The position numbers and the translations under genes were made by a program. Below are positions 31,056 to 40,497 of a DNA stretch of 64,000 bases, one piece after another. Numbering within the stretch: position 1 is the first letter of the stretch; the number at the start of each line of letters is the position of its first letter. The notes under the pieces are model-generated. The model ran no database searches, was not told where the DNA came from, and saw only the letters and a program-made list of their open reading frames with translations. This stretch comes from Vulcanimicrobiota bacterium (GTDB lineage Bacteria > Vulcanimicrobiota > Vulcanimicrobiia > Eremiobacterales > Eremiobacteraceae): assembly GCA_963805945.1 (NCBI GenBank), contig CAWDVP010000002.1, positions 256,001-320,000 of the forward strand, read 5' to 3'.

Positions 31056-32221
31056 GCGGCGCTGCCGTCGAGACGCGCGACGACGAAGCGCGCGATCTGC
31101 GTGAGCGCGTCAGGCGGGCCGAGCGCCGCGCGCAGCTCTTCGTAGCCGCGCAGCTGCGCCGCGCGCGCGCCCGCATCCGCCAGCAGATGTCTCGTCTGCT
31201 CCACCAGATTGCGCGGCGTGAGATCGGCCTGCAGCAGTTCGGGGATGACGCTGCGGCCGACGATGAGATTCGGCAGCGTCAGCGGCCCGCGCACGAACTG
31301 CGGCACGCGCCGCAACGCGATCCGGTATTGCGTCGCCGTCACCGCGTAGAACGCGATCTGCGGCACCGCGCGCAGCGCCGTCTCCAGCACTGCGGTACCC
31401 GATGCGACCCACGCGAGGTCGGCCGCAAGCGATGCCGTCGCGACGGCATCGCCGCTCACGACGGGAGGCGCGGGCCTGCCGGTCACCCGTTGCCAGAGCT
31501 CGCGTATCTGGCGCGCGCGCGAGTCAGACGAACCGGCGATCGCGAAAGCCGCGCCGCCGGCTTCGGCGAGCTCGTGCGCGGCGGTTGCCAATGCGGGCAA
31601 CAGCAGCGCCACCTCCTCGCGCCGGCTGCCGGGGAAGATGATGATGCGCGCGGCTTCAGGGGCGGCGACGCCGGCCGCCGCCGGCCACTCCGTCGCGCGC
31701 CCGCTGCGCGGCGCGATCGCCGAGACGAGCGGGTGCCCGAAGAACTCGCACGGCAGCCCGAGCCCGCGATAGAAATCGCGCTGACGCGTGAACGGCGACA
31801 GCGGCGTCGCCGCGCTCGTGACGGCGCGCGCCTGCGCCTCGACGTCGAGCCACGCGCCCGGCGGGAAGTAGTACACGATGTCGCCGCGATAGCCGCAGCG
31901 CCGCATGCGCAGGATGAGCCGCATGTTGAACGCGCCGAAGTCGATCGGCAGGACGAGGCGCGGCGGATGCGCGCGCAACGCCGCATCGAAACGCCGCATG
32001 ATCAAGTACAGCTGCGGGATCTTGGTGAGCGCCGAGACCGGTCCGATGCTCGCCCACTCGGCGGAGTCGACGGCGATCTGTGCACCCGCGGCGCGCAGAC
32101 GCTGCGAGCCGATCGCCTGACAGGTCGTCTCGGGGCGCAGCCGCCGGATCTCGGCGAGCAAGAGCGCGGCTTGCAAGTCGCCCGAAGCCTCGCCGGCGCT
32201 CATGAAGATGTCGGCCGGCAT
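31052..32221 (-). CDS. lpxB: Lipid-A-disaccharide synthase LpxB
   Basis: SAGEASGD, IDFGAFN, YYFPPGAW, GHPL, FPGSRREE, SGTAVLE, LPNLI..PELLQ. Confidence 0.88.
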   Translation of the reverse strand: MPADIFMSAGEASGDLQAALLLAEIRRLRPETTCQAIGSQRLRAAGAQIAVDSAEWASIGPVSALTKIPQLYLIMRRFDAALRAHPPRLVLPIDFGAFNMRLILRMRRCGYRGDIVYYFPPGAWLDVEAQARAVTSAATPLSPFTRQRDFYRGLGLPCEFFGHPLVSAIAPRSGRATEWPAAAGVAAPEAARIIIFPGSRREEVALLLPALATAAHELAEAGGAAFAIAGSSDSRARQIRELWQRVTGRPAPPVVSGDAVATASLAADLAWVASGTAVLETALRAVPQIAFYAVTATQYRIALRRVPQFVRGPLTLPNLIVGRSVIPELLQADLTPRNLVEQTRHLLADAGARAAQLRGYEELRAALGPPDALTQIARFVVARLDGSAA

Positions 32222-32235
32222 GCGCGTGCTCGCGG

Positions 32236-33090
32236 TTATGCCGCGCCCGGGTCGCCGTCAGCGGATGCGGGGGCGCGCGCGCCGCGCCGTGTCGCGGTCG
32301 TGTAACCGCGGTCCGAATCAGCCGCGAAGAACGCCACCAGCTCTTTGCCTTCGGGCGTGCGCACTTTCTCGCGCAGGCGCTCGATGACGGTGGACAGCGT
32401 CTCGTTGCCCATGTAGAGCATGCGGTAGGCGTCTTTGAGCTCCGCCTGCGCCTCCGGCGTCACCTCCTGCCGCTTCAGCCCGACGCGATTGAGCCCGCGC
32501 ACGATCGCCGGGTTTCCTTCGACGAGCATGAACGGCGGACAGTCCTTGAGGATCTTGCTGCGGCCGCCGATGAACGCGTGGCGTCCGATGCGCACGAACT
32601 GATGCACGCCGACCATCCCCGCGAGGTTCGCGCCGTCGCCGACGACGCAGTGGCCCGCGAGCTGCGTGAGGTTCGACATCACGACCTTATCGCCGATGTG
32701 GCAGTCGTGCGCGATGTGCACGTATGCGAGCAGGTGGCAATCGGAGCCGATGGTGGTCGAGGAGCCCGGCTCCGTGCCGCGGTTGACGGTGACGTATTCG
32801 CGCAGCTGGTTGCGGTCGCCGATGCGCACGTACGAGATCTCGCCGCGGAACTTCTTGTCCTGCGACGTGCCGCCGATGACCGCGAACGGATAGATGACGT
32901 TCTCGCGGCCGATCTCGGTGTGGCCCTGGATGACGACGTTGGCGAGCAGCTGCGTGCCTTCGCCGATGCTCACGTGCTCGCCGACGAGGCAGTACGGGCC
33001 GATCTCGACGTCGCGGCCGATGACCGCGCCCGGGTGGACGACGGCGGTCGCGTGGAACTTCAGCGTGCGGAACCCTGCGTCTTCTCGCAT
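32236..33090 (-). CDS. lpxA: UDP-N-acetylglucosamine acyltransferase LpxA
   Basis: Hexapeptide repeats; QDKKFRGE, REYVTVNRGT, HIAHDC, VHQF. Confidence 0.95.
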   Translation of the reverse strand: MREDAGFRTLKFHATAVVHPGAVIGRDVEIGPYCLVGEHVSIGEGTQLLANVVIQGHTEIGRENVIYPFAVIGGTSQDKKFRGEISYVRIGDRNQLREYVTVNRGTEPGSSTTIGSDCHLLAYVHIAHDCHIGDKVVMSNLTQLAGHCVVGDGANLAGMVGVHQFVRIGRHAFIGGRSKILKDCPPFMLVEGNPAIVRGLNRVGLKRQEVTPEAQAELKDAYRMLYMGNETLSTVIERLREKVRTPEGKELVAFFAADSDRGYTTATRRGARAPASADGDPGAA

Positions 33091-33103
33091 GGCGCTGGCG
33101 GGC

Positions 33104-33580
33104 CTACATGTGCAGGACGCTGGCGTCCTGCGTGAACAGACGGGTGTCGGTGACGATGGAGAACAGCAGCTGCCCGGTGCAGACCAGTTGGTCGTCGACG
33201 CGCGCTTCCGCGCTCAGACAGCCGTAGTTGCGCCGCATCCACAGCACGCTGACTTCCATCATCAGGCGGTCTCCCGGAATCACCGGACGGCGGAAGCGCA
33301 CTTCGTTGACGCCTGCCAGATACGGCACCGAGGTCGCCGCCGCTTTCGGCTCGAGGATCACCGTGCCGCCGAGCTGCGCCATCGCCTCGATGATGAGCAC
33401 GCCCGGCATGACGGGGTTGTTCGGGAAATGGCCGGTGAAGAACGGCTCGTTGAACGTGACGTTCTTGTAGCCCGCCGCGCGCTTGAGCGGCTCGAGCTCG
33501 GTGATGCGGTCGAGCATGAGCATCGGGTAGCGATGCGGCAGCGTCTCCATGATGCGGCGGATGTCGATGTCGGTGAGCAT
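33104..33580 (-). CDS. fabZ: 3-hydroxyacyl-ACP dehydratase FabZ
   Basis: LPHRYPMLMLD, NEPFFTGHFP..MPGVLIIEAMAQ. Confidence 0.96.
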   Translation of the reverse strand: MLTDIDIRRIMETLPHRYPMLMLDRITELEPLKRAAGYKNVTFNEPFFTGHFPNNPVMPGVLIIEAMAQLGGTVILEPKAAATSVPYLAGVNEVRFRRPVIPGDRLMMEVSVLWMRRNYGCLSAEARVDDQLVCTGQLLFSIVTDTRLFTQDASVLHM

Positions 33581-33581
33581 G

Positions 33582-34424
33582 CTAGTGTCCGGACGCCGCG
33601 GCGAGCGGCGCGCGCAGATCGCGCGCGGCGGCGACGTGCAGCGCGTGCCCCGTCTTGAGCGCGATCACCTCGCAGCGCGGGTACATGCCGATGAGCGCGA
33701 AGTCGCCGATGAGGTCGAGCGCCTTGTGCCGCACGATCTCGTCCGGGAAGCGCAGCGGCGTCGCGTAGCCGTCTTGTTCCACGATGACGGCGTTGTCGAG
33801 CGATCCGCCCTTGGCGAGGCCGCGCGCCACCAACTCGTCGATCTCCGCGCGGAAACCGAACGTGCGGTTCGGCGCGATCTCGCGCAAGAAGTATTCCGGC
33901 GTGATCGGCGGCGTCGAAAAGAACTGATGGCCGACCGGTTCGGGGAATGCGACGAAGAAGTTGAGCTTGAAATGATCCGCGGGCAGCACGACGAGCAGCT
34001 TGTCCCCGTCGCGGTGCCACGACGGCGCGCGCACGTCGAGGATGCGGCGCGGCGCCGCCTGTGCCACGAGGCCCGCGTCGTCGATCGCCTGGGCGAAGGG
34101 CAGCGCGCTGCCGTCCGCGATCGGTATCTCTTCTCCCTCGACGGTGATGAGCGCGTTGTCGACGCCCATGCCGGAGAGCGCCGCCAGCACGTGCTCGACC
34201 GTGTTGACGACGGCGGTGGACGAGGCGAGCGTGGTGCAGCGGACGGTCGATCGCACCGCATCGGGCGTCGCGCTGATCCGCGAACCATCCTCGAGGACAA
34301 ACGAAAAACCGGCGTTCGCCGGCGCGGGAGCCACGGTCACGGCGGCCCGGCAACCGGTATGAAGGCCGACGCCGCGCAACGTCCATTCGCGGGCGAGAGT
34401 GTGCTGCTTTTCCACCTTCTCCAC
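33582..34424 (-). CDS. lpxC: UDP-3-O-acyl-GlcNAc deacetylase LpxC
   Basis: GVGLHTG, TVEHVLAAL, EIPIADGS, RTFGF, HKALDLIGD, GHALH. Confidence 0.95.
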   Translation of the reverse strand: MEKVEKQHTLAREWTLRGVGLHTGCRAAVTVAPAPANAGFSFVLEDGSRISATPDAVRSTVRCTTLASSTAVVNTVEHVLAALSGMGVDNALITVEGEEIPIADGSALPFAQAIDDAGLVAQAAPRRILDVRAPSWHRDGDKLLVVLPADHFKLNFFVAFPEPVGHQFFSTPPITPEYFLREIAPNRTFGFRAEIDELVARGLAKGGSLDNAVIVEQDGYATPLRFPDEIVRHKALDLIGDFALIGMYPRCEVIALKTGHALHVAAARDLRAPLAAASGH

Positions 34425-34433
34425 GCGCCGGCG

Positions 34434-35477
34434 CTACCGGCGCTTACGCAGTTCCGAGACCGCGTCCATCAGCTCTCGCACTTGTTCGAATAATTTAGGC
34501 AGTTTTCGGAACATGACCTTCTGGGCCATCTCGTCTCGTATCGGCAGCGCAGGCGTGCCCCACACTTTCGAATCGGGCGGCAGGTCCGACGTGATGCCGG
34601 TCTGTCCGCCGGCGATCGTGCGGTCGCCGATCTCGATGTGTCCGTTCACGCCGACCTGACCGGCGAGCGTCACGATGTCGCCCACCTTCGTCGAACCGGC
34701 GATGCCGACTTGCGCGCACAGCGTCGAATCTTCGCCGATCGTGCAGTTGTGGCCGATCTGCACGAGGTTGTCGATCTTGGTGCCGCGCCCGACGATCGTC
34801 GAACCGGTCACCGCGCGATCGATCGTGCTGCACGCGCCGACCTCGACGTCGTCGCCGAGCACCACGTTGCCGATCTGCGGGATCTTGATCTGCTCCTTGC
34901 CGACGCGCACGAAGCCGAAGCCGTCGGCGCCGATGACGCAATTCGCGTGGAGCACGCAGTCGTCGCCGACGACGCACTCGTCGAGCACGCATGCGCGCGG
35001 ATGCAGCAGCGTGCGCCTGCCCACCGCAGCGGCACGGCCGACGAATGCGCCGGGCAGCAGCACCGCGTCGTCGCCGATGGTCGCGCTCGCGCACACGACC
35101 GCGCCCGCGCCGATCCACACGCGCTGCCCGAGCCGCGCGCTCTCATCGACTGCGGCGCTCGGGTGCACGAAGGGTCCGCGCGGCAGCGGCGCGGCGAACG
35201 ACCGCAAGATGGCGGCGAGCGCGGCGCGCACGTCCGCCGCGACGAGCAGTGATTTCTCTCCGCGCGGCGCCTGCGCGGCCGCTTCAGGCACGATCACCGC
35301 CGCCGCGCGGGATTCGAGGGCGCGCGTGATCCAGCGGTCATCGACCGCGAAGGTCAGCGCGCCCGGTCCCGCCTCTTCGACCGAGCTCACGCGTTCGATG
35401 AGCAGCGCGGCATCGCCCGCGAGACGCGCGCCTGCGATCGCGGCCAGTTCGTCCAAGCGCCGTGGCGCGCTCATCAT
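34434..35477 (-). CDS. lpxD: UDP-3-O-acylglucosamine N-acyltransferase LpxD
   Basis: IGADGFGF, KIPQIGNV, KIDNLVQIGHNC, AGQVG. Confidence 0.95.
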   Translation of the reverse strand: MMSAPRRLDELAAIAGARLAGDAALLIERVSSVEEAGPGALTFAVDDRWITRALESRAAAVIVPEAAAQAPRGEKSLLVAADVRAALAAILRSFAAPLPRGPFVHPSAAVDESARLGQRVWIGAGAVVCASATIGDDAVLLPGAFVGRAAAVGRRTLLHPRACVLDECVVGDDCVLHANCVIGADGFGFVRVGKEQIKIPQIGNVVLGDDVEVGACSTIDRAVTGSTIVGRGTKIDNLVQIGHNCTIGEDSTLCAQVGIAGSTKVGDIVTLAGQVGVNGHIEIGDRTIAGGQTGITSDLPPDSKVWGTPALPIRDEMAQKVMFRKLPKLFEQVRELMDAVSELRKRR

Positions 35478-35481
35478 CCGC

Positions 35482-35901
35482 CTATTTCGGCGACGGTGAC
35501 ACCGGCGTGATGTGCAGTTCTTTCTCGACGTCCGCAGTGATGTCGTCGCCGGCGTACGCGGTGCCCTCTTTGGTGACGACCAGCACGTAGTTGCGCTGCT
35601 TGGCGATATCGGTCGCCGCCTGGCGCACTTCGTTCGTCACTTCGTCGTTCCAGCGCCGCTCTTGCTCTTGGAACTGCGCCATGGCCTTGGCCTTCTCTTG
35701 CGGACTCGTCCGGCTCGCGGCGATCGCCTGATAGTTGGCCTGCAGCTGGTTGAAGTAGTTGATGAATTTCGGCCATGTCTGCTCGAGCTCGGTGATGCGC
35801 ACGTAGGCGACGCGCGAGTGCGCGCGCGCGCAGCCGCCGAAGCTCAACGCCACGGCGACGGCGAGCAATGACATGACGATGCGTTTGTGTGACACGTTCA
35901 A
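35482..35901 (-). CDS. Short OmpH/Skp-like lipoprotein
   Basis: Lipobox FGGC; VAYV..helical body..IAKQRNYVLVV..GDDITADV resembles Skp termini. Confidence 0.65.
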   Translation of the reverse strand: MNVSHKRIVMSLLAVAVALSFGGCARAHSRVAYVRITELEQTWPKFINYFNQLQANYQAIAASRTSPQEKAKAMAQFQEQERRWNDEVTNEVRQAATDIAKQRNYVLVVTKEGTAYAGDDITADVEKELHITPVSPSPK

Positions 35902-37310
35902 CTCCTGGAAGCGGCGGAGGGCGATGAAGTGGTGGCGGGCGACGACGAGCCGGACGGCGACGAGGGCGACGGCGCGACCGGAGGCAGCGCCGCGATCGCC
36001 TTGAGCACTTTGTCGGTGAGATCGACCGCGGACCCGGCGCCGCGGACGGACGACAAGACCACCGCGATGTCGGATGAGCGCGCGATGTCGCCGACCTGCG
36101 CTTGGACCTGCTCCACGATCTTGCCATAGAGGTCTTGTCGCTGCTGGGCCAGCCGCTGCGCCTCGGCGGTGAGCTCGGCGCTGTCCTGGAACTGCATGCC
36201 CGCGATCGCGCTGTACTTGGCGACGAGGGCTTTGCGCGTCTCCTGGTACGAGGCGAGCGCGCGGTCGAATTCGAGCGTATACGCCGCCTGATTCGCGTTG
36301 TGGATCGCATCGGCTTGCGCCTTGAGCTTCGGATCCTTCTGCAGCGCGGCGTTGGCGATGGCGACCTGTTTCTGGTACTGCGTGCCGATGCCCGACATCT
36401 GGGTGCGCAGCTGGTCGTTGGTCTGCTTCTGCCGCGCGACCAGCTTCGTCTGGGTGTCCTTGAACGAGGCGGTACGCGCTTCGTTGAAACGCGCCGCCGC
36501 GTCGCGCTGCAGCGAGTCCTCATACGCGCGCAGATCGGCGTTGTCGCGCGTCTTGAGCTGGTTGATCATCGCCTCTTCGCGCGTCTCGATGTTCGACAGC
36601 TGGCTGGTGTCCTGCGCGCGCTCGTCGGCCGGCAGATTGAGGTCCTCGAGCTTCGTCTTGAGGTTGATGCGCTGCGATTGGCTCTGCTTCGCCAGGCTGA
36701 TCTGATAGTCGGTCTCCTGTTTCTCGTACTGCATGCGGCGCGCTTCGAGCTTGAGGAAGTTCTCTTGCTGCAGCTGGCGAGAGACCTCGCGCAGGTGCGC
36801 GTTATCCGACGTGAACAGCTGCTTCTGGTAATCGCCGTACGCCTTGATCGCGTCGGTCTGGATCTTCTGCGCCTGCGCGCCGTACTGCTGGCCGATCGGC
36901 GCGCTCACGCCCGAGGCCTGGCTCTGCAGCGCGCCGATAGCGGCGTTCTCGCGTTGGCTGTAGTACATGCGCCGCTGGTTGACGGCGATCTGGAACTGCT
37001 GGTCGGCGGCGGCGAGGTCGGCCTGCATGCGCTCTTGCGCCTGCTGCTGCGCGGGCGTCTGCGCCTGCGGCGCGTTCTGCGCCTGGCCGGAGAGCAGCGT
37101 GATCTGGTTCTGCAGCGAATCGAGCTCGACGTGCAGCGGATGCGCCTCGATGATCTTCTCGAGGTCGACATAGCCGACCTTAGTGCCCGGCCCGGACGTC
37201 CCCACGCCTTTGCCGCAGCCGGCGAACGCGACGGCGACCGCGGTCGCGGCGACGGCGGCGACGACGAAGCGGGCGGCGCTGGTGCGCCGCGTACGAGAGG
37301 CTCGATCCAC
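35898..37310 (-). CDS. Long coiled-coil OmpH/Skp-like lipoprotein (470 aa)
   Basis: Lipobox FAGC; KVGYVDLEKIIEAHP start and IARSSDIAVVL..VDLTDKVL end flank a Q/A/E-rich helical insert. Confidence 0.7.
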   Translation of the reverse strand: MDRASRTRRTSAARFVVAAVAATAVAVAFAGCGKGVGTSGPGTKVGYVDLEKIIEAHPLHVELDSLQNQITLLSGQAQNAPQAQTPAQQQAQERMQADLAAADQQFQIAVNQRRMYYSQRENAAIGALQSQASGVSAPIGQQYGAQAQKIQTDAIKAYGDYQKQLFTSDNAHLREVSRQLQQENFLKLEARRMQYEKQETDYQISLAKQSQSQRINLKTKLEDLNLPADERAQDTSQLSNIETREEAMINQLKTRDNADLRAYEDSLQRDAAARFNEARTASFKDTQTKLVARQKQTNDQLRTQMSGIGTQYQKQVAIANAALQKDPKLKAQADAIHNANQAAYTLEFDRALASYQETRKALVAKYSAIAGMQFQDSAELTAEAQRLAQQRQDLYGKIVEQVQAQVGDIARSSDIAVVLSSVRGAGSAVDLTDKVLKAIAALPPVAPSPSSPSGSSSPATTSSPSAASRS

Positions 37311-38115
37311 TACTTGAGCGCGGCCACGACGTCGGCGGTGATGTCGGTGCCGCCGTAGACGCGATCCGTCTGGTCGACGACGAGGATCAGCTTGCGCTTG
37401 CGGGCGACGTCGGCGATCGCCTTGTCCGTCGCGTCGGCGATCGGCTTGGCGATCCGCTTCTGCTCCGCCTTGAGCTGTTCGTTGAAGGATTGGACGATGG
37501 CGGCTTGCGCTTGGCGGTCCTTGGTGGCCGCGAGCTGCTTGTTCATGTCCTGGCCGAGGCGCTGGCGCGCCGCCATGAACTCGTCGTTGGCCGCTTTGGC
37601 CTTCGGCAGCGCGTCGATCTGCTGCTGGTCGACGAAGCCGATCTCCGACGGCGGCGGCGTGTTCACCGGCGGCACGACCTGGCCCGGCTGGTTGATCGTG
37701 TCGATGACGTCCTTCGTGATGTCATGGCCGCCGTAGATGATGATCTGTTTGTCGACGACGACGCTTAGGCTCTTGGTCGCGGCGACGAGCGCGATCGCGG
37801 TCTGCGCCCGGCCGAGCAGCGGGTCGAACATCTCGTGCTGCTTGGCCGCCATGCGCTGATTGAAGTCGGCGTAGATGCGCTGCTGCTCGGCCTGCGGCTT
37901 GCCGCGGATGGCGCCTTGGAAGTCGCGCGACATCTGATCGCGGAACTGCGCGAACTGCTGCTGCGCCGCCACGAAGGACGGCAGCGTGCCGATCGCCGCC
38001 TGGTCGACGAAGCCGACGTCCGCGACGTCGACCGCCAGCGCCTGCGGCGCGAAGCGTGACGAGCGCGATGCTCGCGAAAAGCGCAGCCGAAATGAAGTTT
38101 TCTGTGCATGTTCAA
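37310..38115 (-). CDS. Tandem two-domain OmpH/Skp chaperone; frameshift near 38050
   Basis: Two repeats (V/I)GFVDQ....(VVDKQIIIYGGHDITKDV / VVDQTDRVYGGTDITADV); follows bamA. Confidence 0.8.
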
Positions 38116-38161
38116 GTGCTCTCTCTTCGATAGTCGCTCGTACGGGGCCGGTCCGGCGGAC

Positions 38162-40403
38162 CTAGAAGTCCTGGCCGAAACCGAACGAGATGTGCGTGCC
38201 CTGCTGGCCGGTCGCGAAGTCGATGCGGATCAGCTGCGGCAGCACCGGGGTGCTCAATCGGATCCCGAAGCCGAAGTCGGTCTTGATCGAGAACGGGATC
38301 TGCTTGTAGGTCACTTGGATGGGCGGCGGCGGCACCGCCGGCGCGTGCGGGCCGGACGGCGGCACCGGCGTCGGCAGCGGCGTCGCCGCGGCCACGGCCT
38401 GGACGTACGGCGCGTCGCCTGCGTCCGAGAAGAGCACGACCGTCAGCTTCTTGTCCTGCGTGACGGGCATGCGCAGCTCGACTTGTCCGAGCAGCTCGCG
38501 GTCGCCGTAGTAGACGTACTTCGTGCCGCGCAGCTGCTGGTCCGTCAGGCTGTAGAGGTTGTTATAGGGCAGCGAGGGACCATTGTCGCTCGACCAGCCG
38601 ATATTGCAGATGCGCCGCGAGCGTGGAGTGCCGCCGCACGGGATAGAAGCGCGTGAAGTCCACGTCGGCCTTGTTGTAGCGATAGTCGGAGCCGAGGAAC
38701 TTGAGCGCCGCCTGGTCGTAGAAGCGACGAGGTGCCGCCGTAGCGCGGGTTCTGGAAATCATCGCGGTTGTCGCGCACGAGGCTCCCGTTGAGCGCGCGC
38801 AGCTGCGAGTTGCCGCTCTGCGTTCCGTTCGCGCCGGTGGAGGTGTTGATCGTCGTGTTGGTGATCAGCAGCTGCCTGCGGGAAGCCCTGCGCGATGAAC
38901 TCTTGGAACAGCTTCGTGGCGGTGAGGCCGTAGTTGAGCGTCGTGTAGCTCGCGACCGGATGGCCGGTCGAGATCGTGAAACCCGATTGCCGCGAGTGAA
39001 TAGTTCGCGAACTGGCTCGAGCACGGCGACCCGTTGGCCGTGCAGGTCGAGCTGAATCCCGGCTGCGGCGTCGCGGTCAGCGGCGCGGAGACTGCCCGTC
39101 CCCGAGATCGTGTAGAACGGGTTGTTGCCCGGCTGCTTGTAGACCGGGTACGGCTGGTTGGCCACGACGTTGTTGAAGATGTTGAACGACGCGGACGACG
39201 CCTTGAACTTCTTGAGGTACGGGATGTTGATGCCGAAGTTGACGTCGCTGACGTGCGAGCCGCGCGACGCGCTGATCGACGCGCCGTTGCCGGTGCCGTT
39301 CACGTTCGCCTCGGAATACGAGATGTTGCCGGAGAGCCCTTGACCGTACGTGCCGCCGCCGCCGTAGCTCAAGCCCACGCTCGCGGTGCCGGTGCGCTGC
39401 TCGACGACCGTCCAGACGAGCGTCACATAGCCGCACTTGTCGCCGAACGGCTTTGGGCGCGAGGTCGACGCTCTTGAAGAACTGCGTGTTGTTGATCGCC
39501 TCGTAATCGCGGCGCAAGCGCGCGTCGGTGACGAGATCGCCGGGCTTGAGCAGCAGCAGGCGCCGGATGACGTAGTCCTTGGTCTTCGAGTTGCCGAGGA
39601 TCTCCACCGCGCCGACGCGCGATTCGCAGATCGTCACGGTGAGCACGCCCGCGCTGTTCGGGTCCACGCTGCCGTCGACGACCGCGGAGAAGCCGAGATC
39701 CTTGTACAGCGTCTGGATGGCCTGCAGGTCGTCGCCGAACTGCTGCTGCGAGAAGGTCGCGCCGGGCTTCGTCTTCATCACGCCGAGGATCGCCTGGCGT
39801 GTTGATGATCTTGTTGCCGGTGATGTCGATCTTGCTGATCGTGACGCCTTCTTTGACGTCGAGCGAGAGCTTGCCGTCCGGATCGATGTGGATGTTCTTG
39901 ACGTGGCGCGTGCCGGTGTAGCCGAGCTTGTCGTAATACGAATTGATCTTGGCGACGTCATCGCGCAGCGTGTTGGTGTTGAGCACCTCGCCGGCGCTCG
40001 TGTCCATGAGCGCGGTGAGGATGTCGCTGGTGACGTGCGTGTTGCCGTCGAACACGATCTTGCTCACGACCGGGTTCTCGATGACGATGAAGGTGACGCC
40101 GACGCCGCCGGGCGTGGCGCGCACGTCGGTCTTGACGTCCGAGAAGTAGCCGAGGCTGAGGATCGCGCTCTGATCGGCCGCGATCTGCTTGGTGTCCAGC
40201 GGCACGCCCGGCCGCGTCTTGACGACGGCCCCGATCTTGTCGGTTGGGACGTGCGCGTTGCCACGGATGTTGACGGCGGTGACGATGGGTGTGCTCGCCG
40301 CCGGGGTCGCCTGAGGCACGACCGCGACCACAAGGGCGGCTGCGGCGACGACCACGGCCGCACATCGTATCAAGAAACGCAACAGTAGGGGGCTCCTCGT
40401 CAC
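38162..40403 (-). CDS. bamA: BamA/Omp85 outer membrane protein assembly factor; frameshifted
   Basis: POTRA repeats (GNAHV, GNTHV, GNKII, GNSKTKDYVIRREL-like), VEQRTG, NVNGTG, LRG, C-terminal ISFGFGQDF. Confidence 0.88.
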
Positions 40404-40449
40404 ACTCGCCCGGCGCCGGCTCGCTCGTGGCTTGGTTCGAGCAGTCGGG

Positions 40450-40475
40450 CTTCCCAGGTTTTGAGGGACATTCCT
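40450..40475 (-). promoter_or_regulatory. Candidate sigmaH-like promoter for bamA (AGGA-N18-GAAG)
   Basis: Minus strand CAGGAATGTCCCTCAAAACCTGGGAAG. Confidence 0.5.
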
Positions 40476-40497
40476 GCCCGAACGCCTTCGACGGGCA

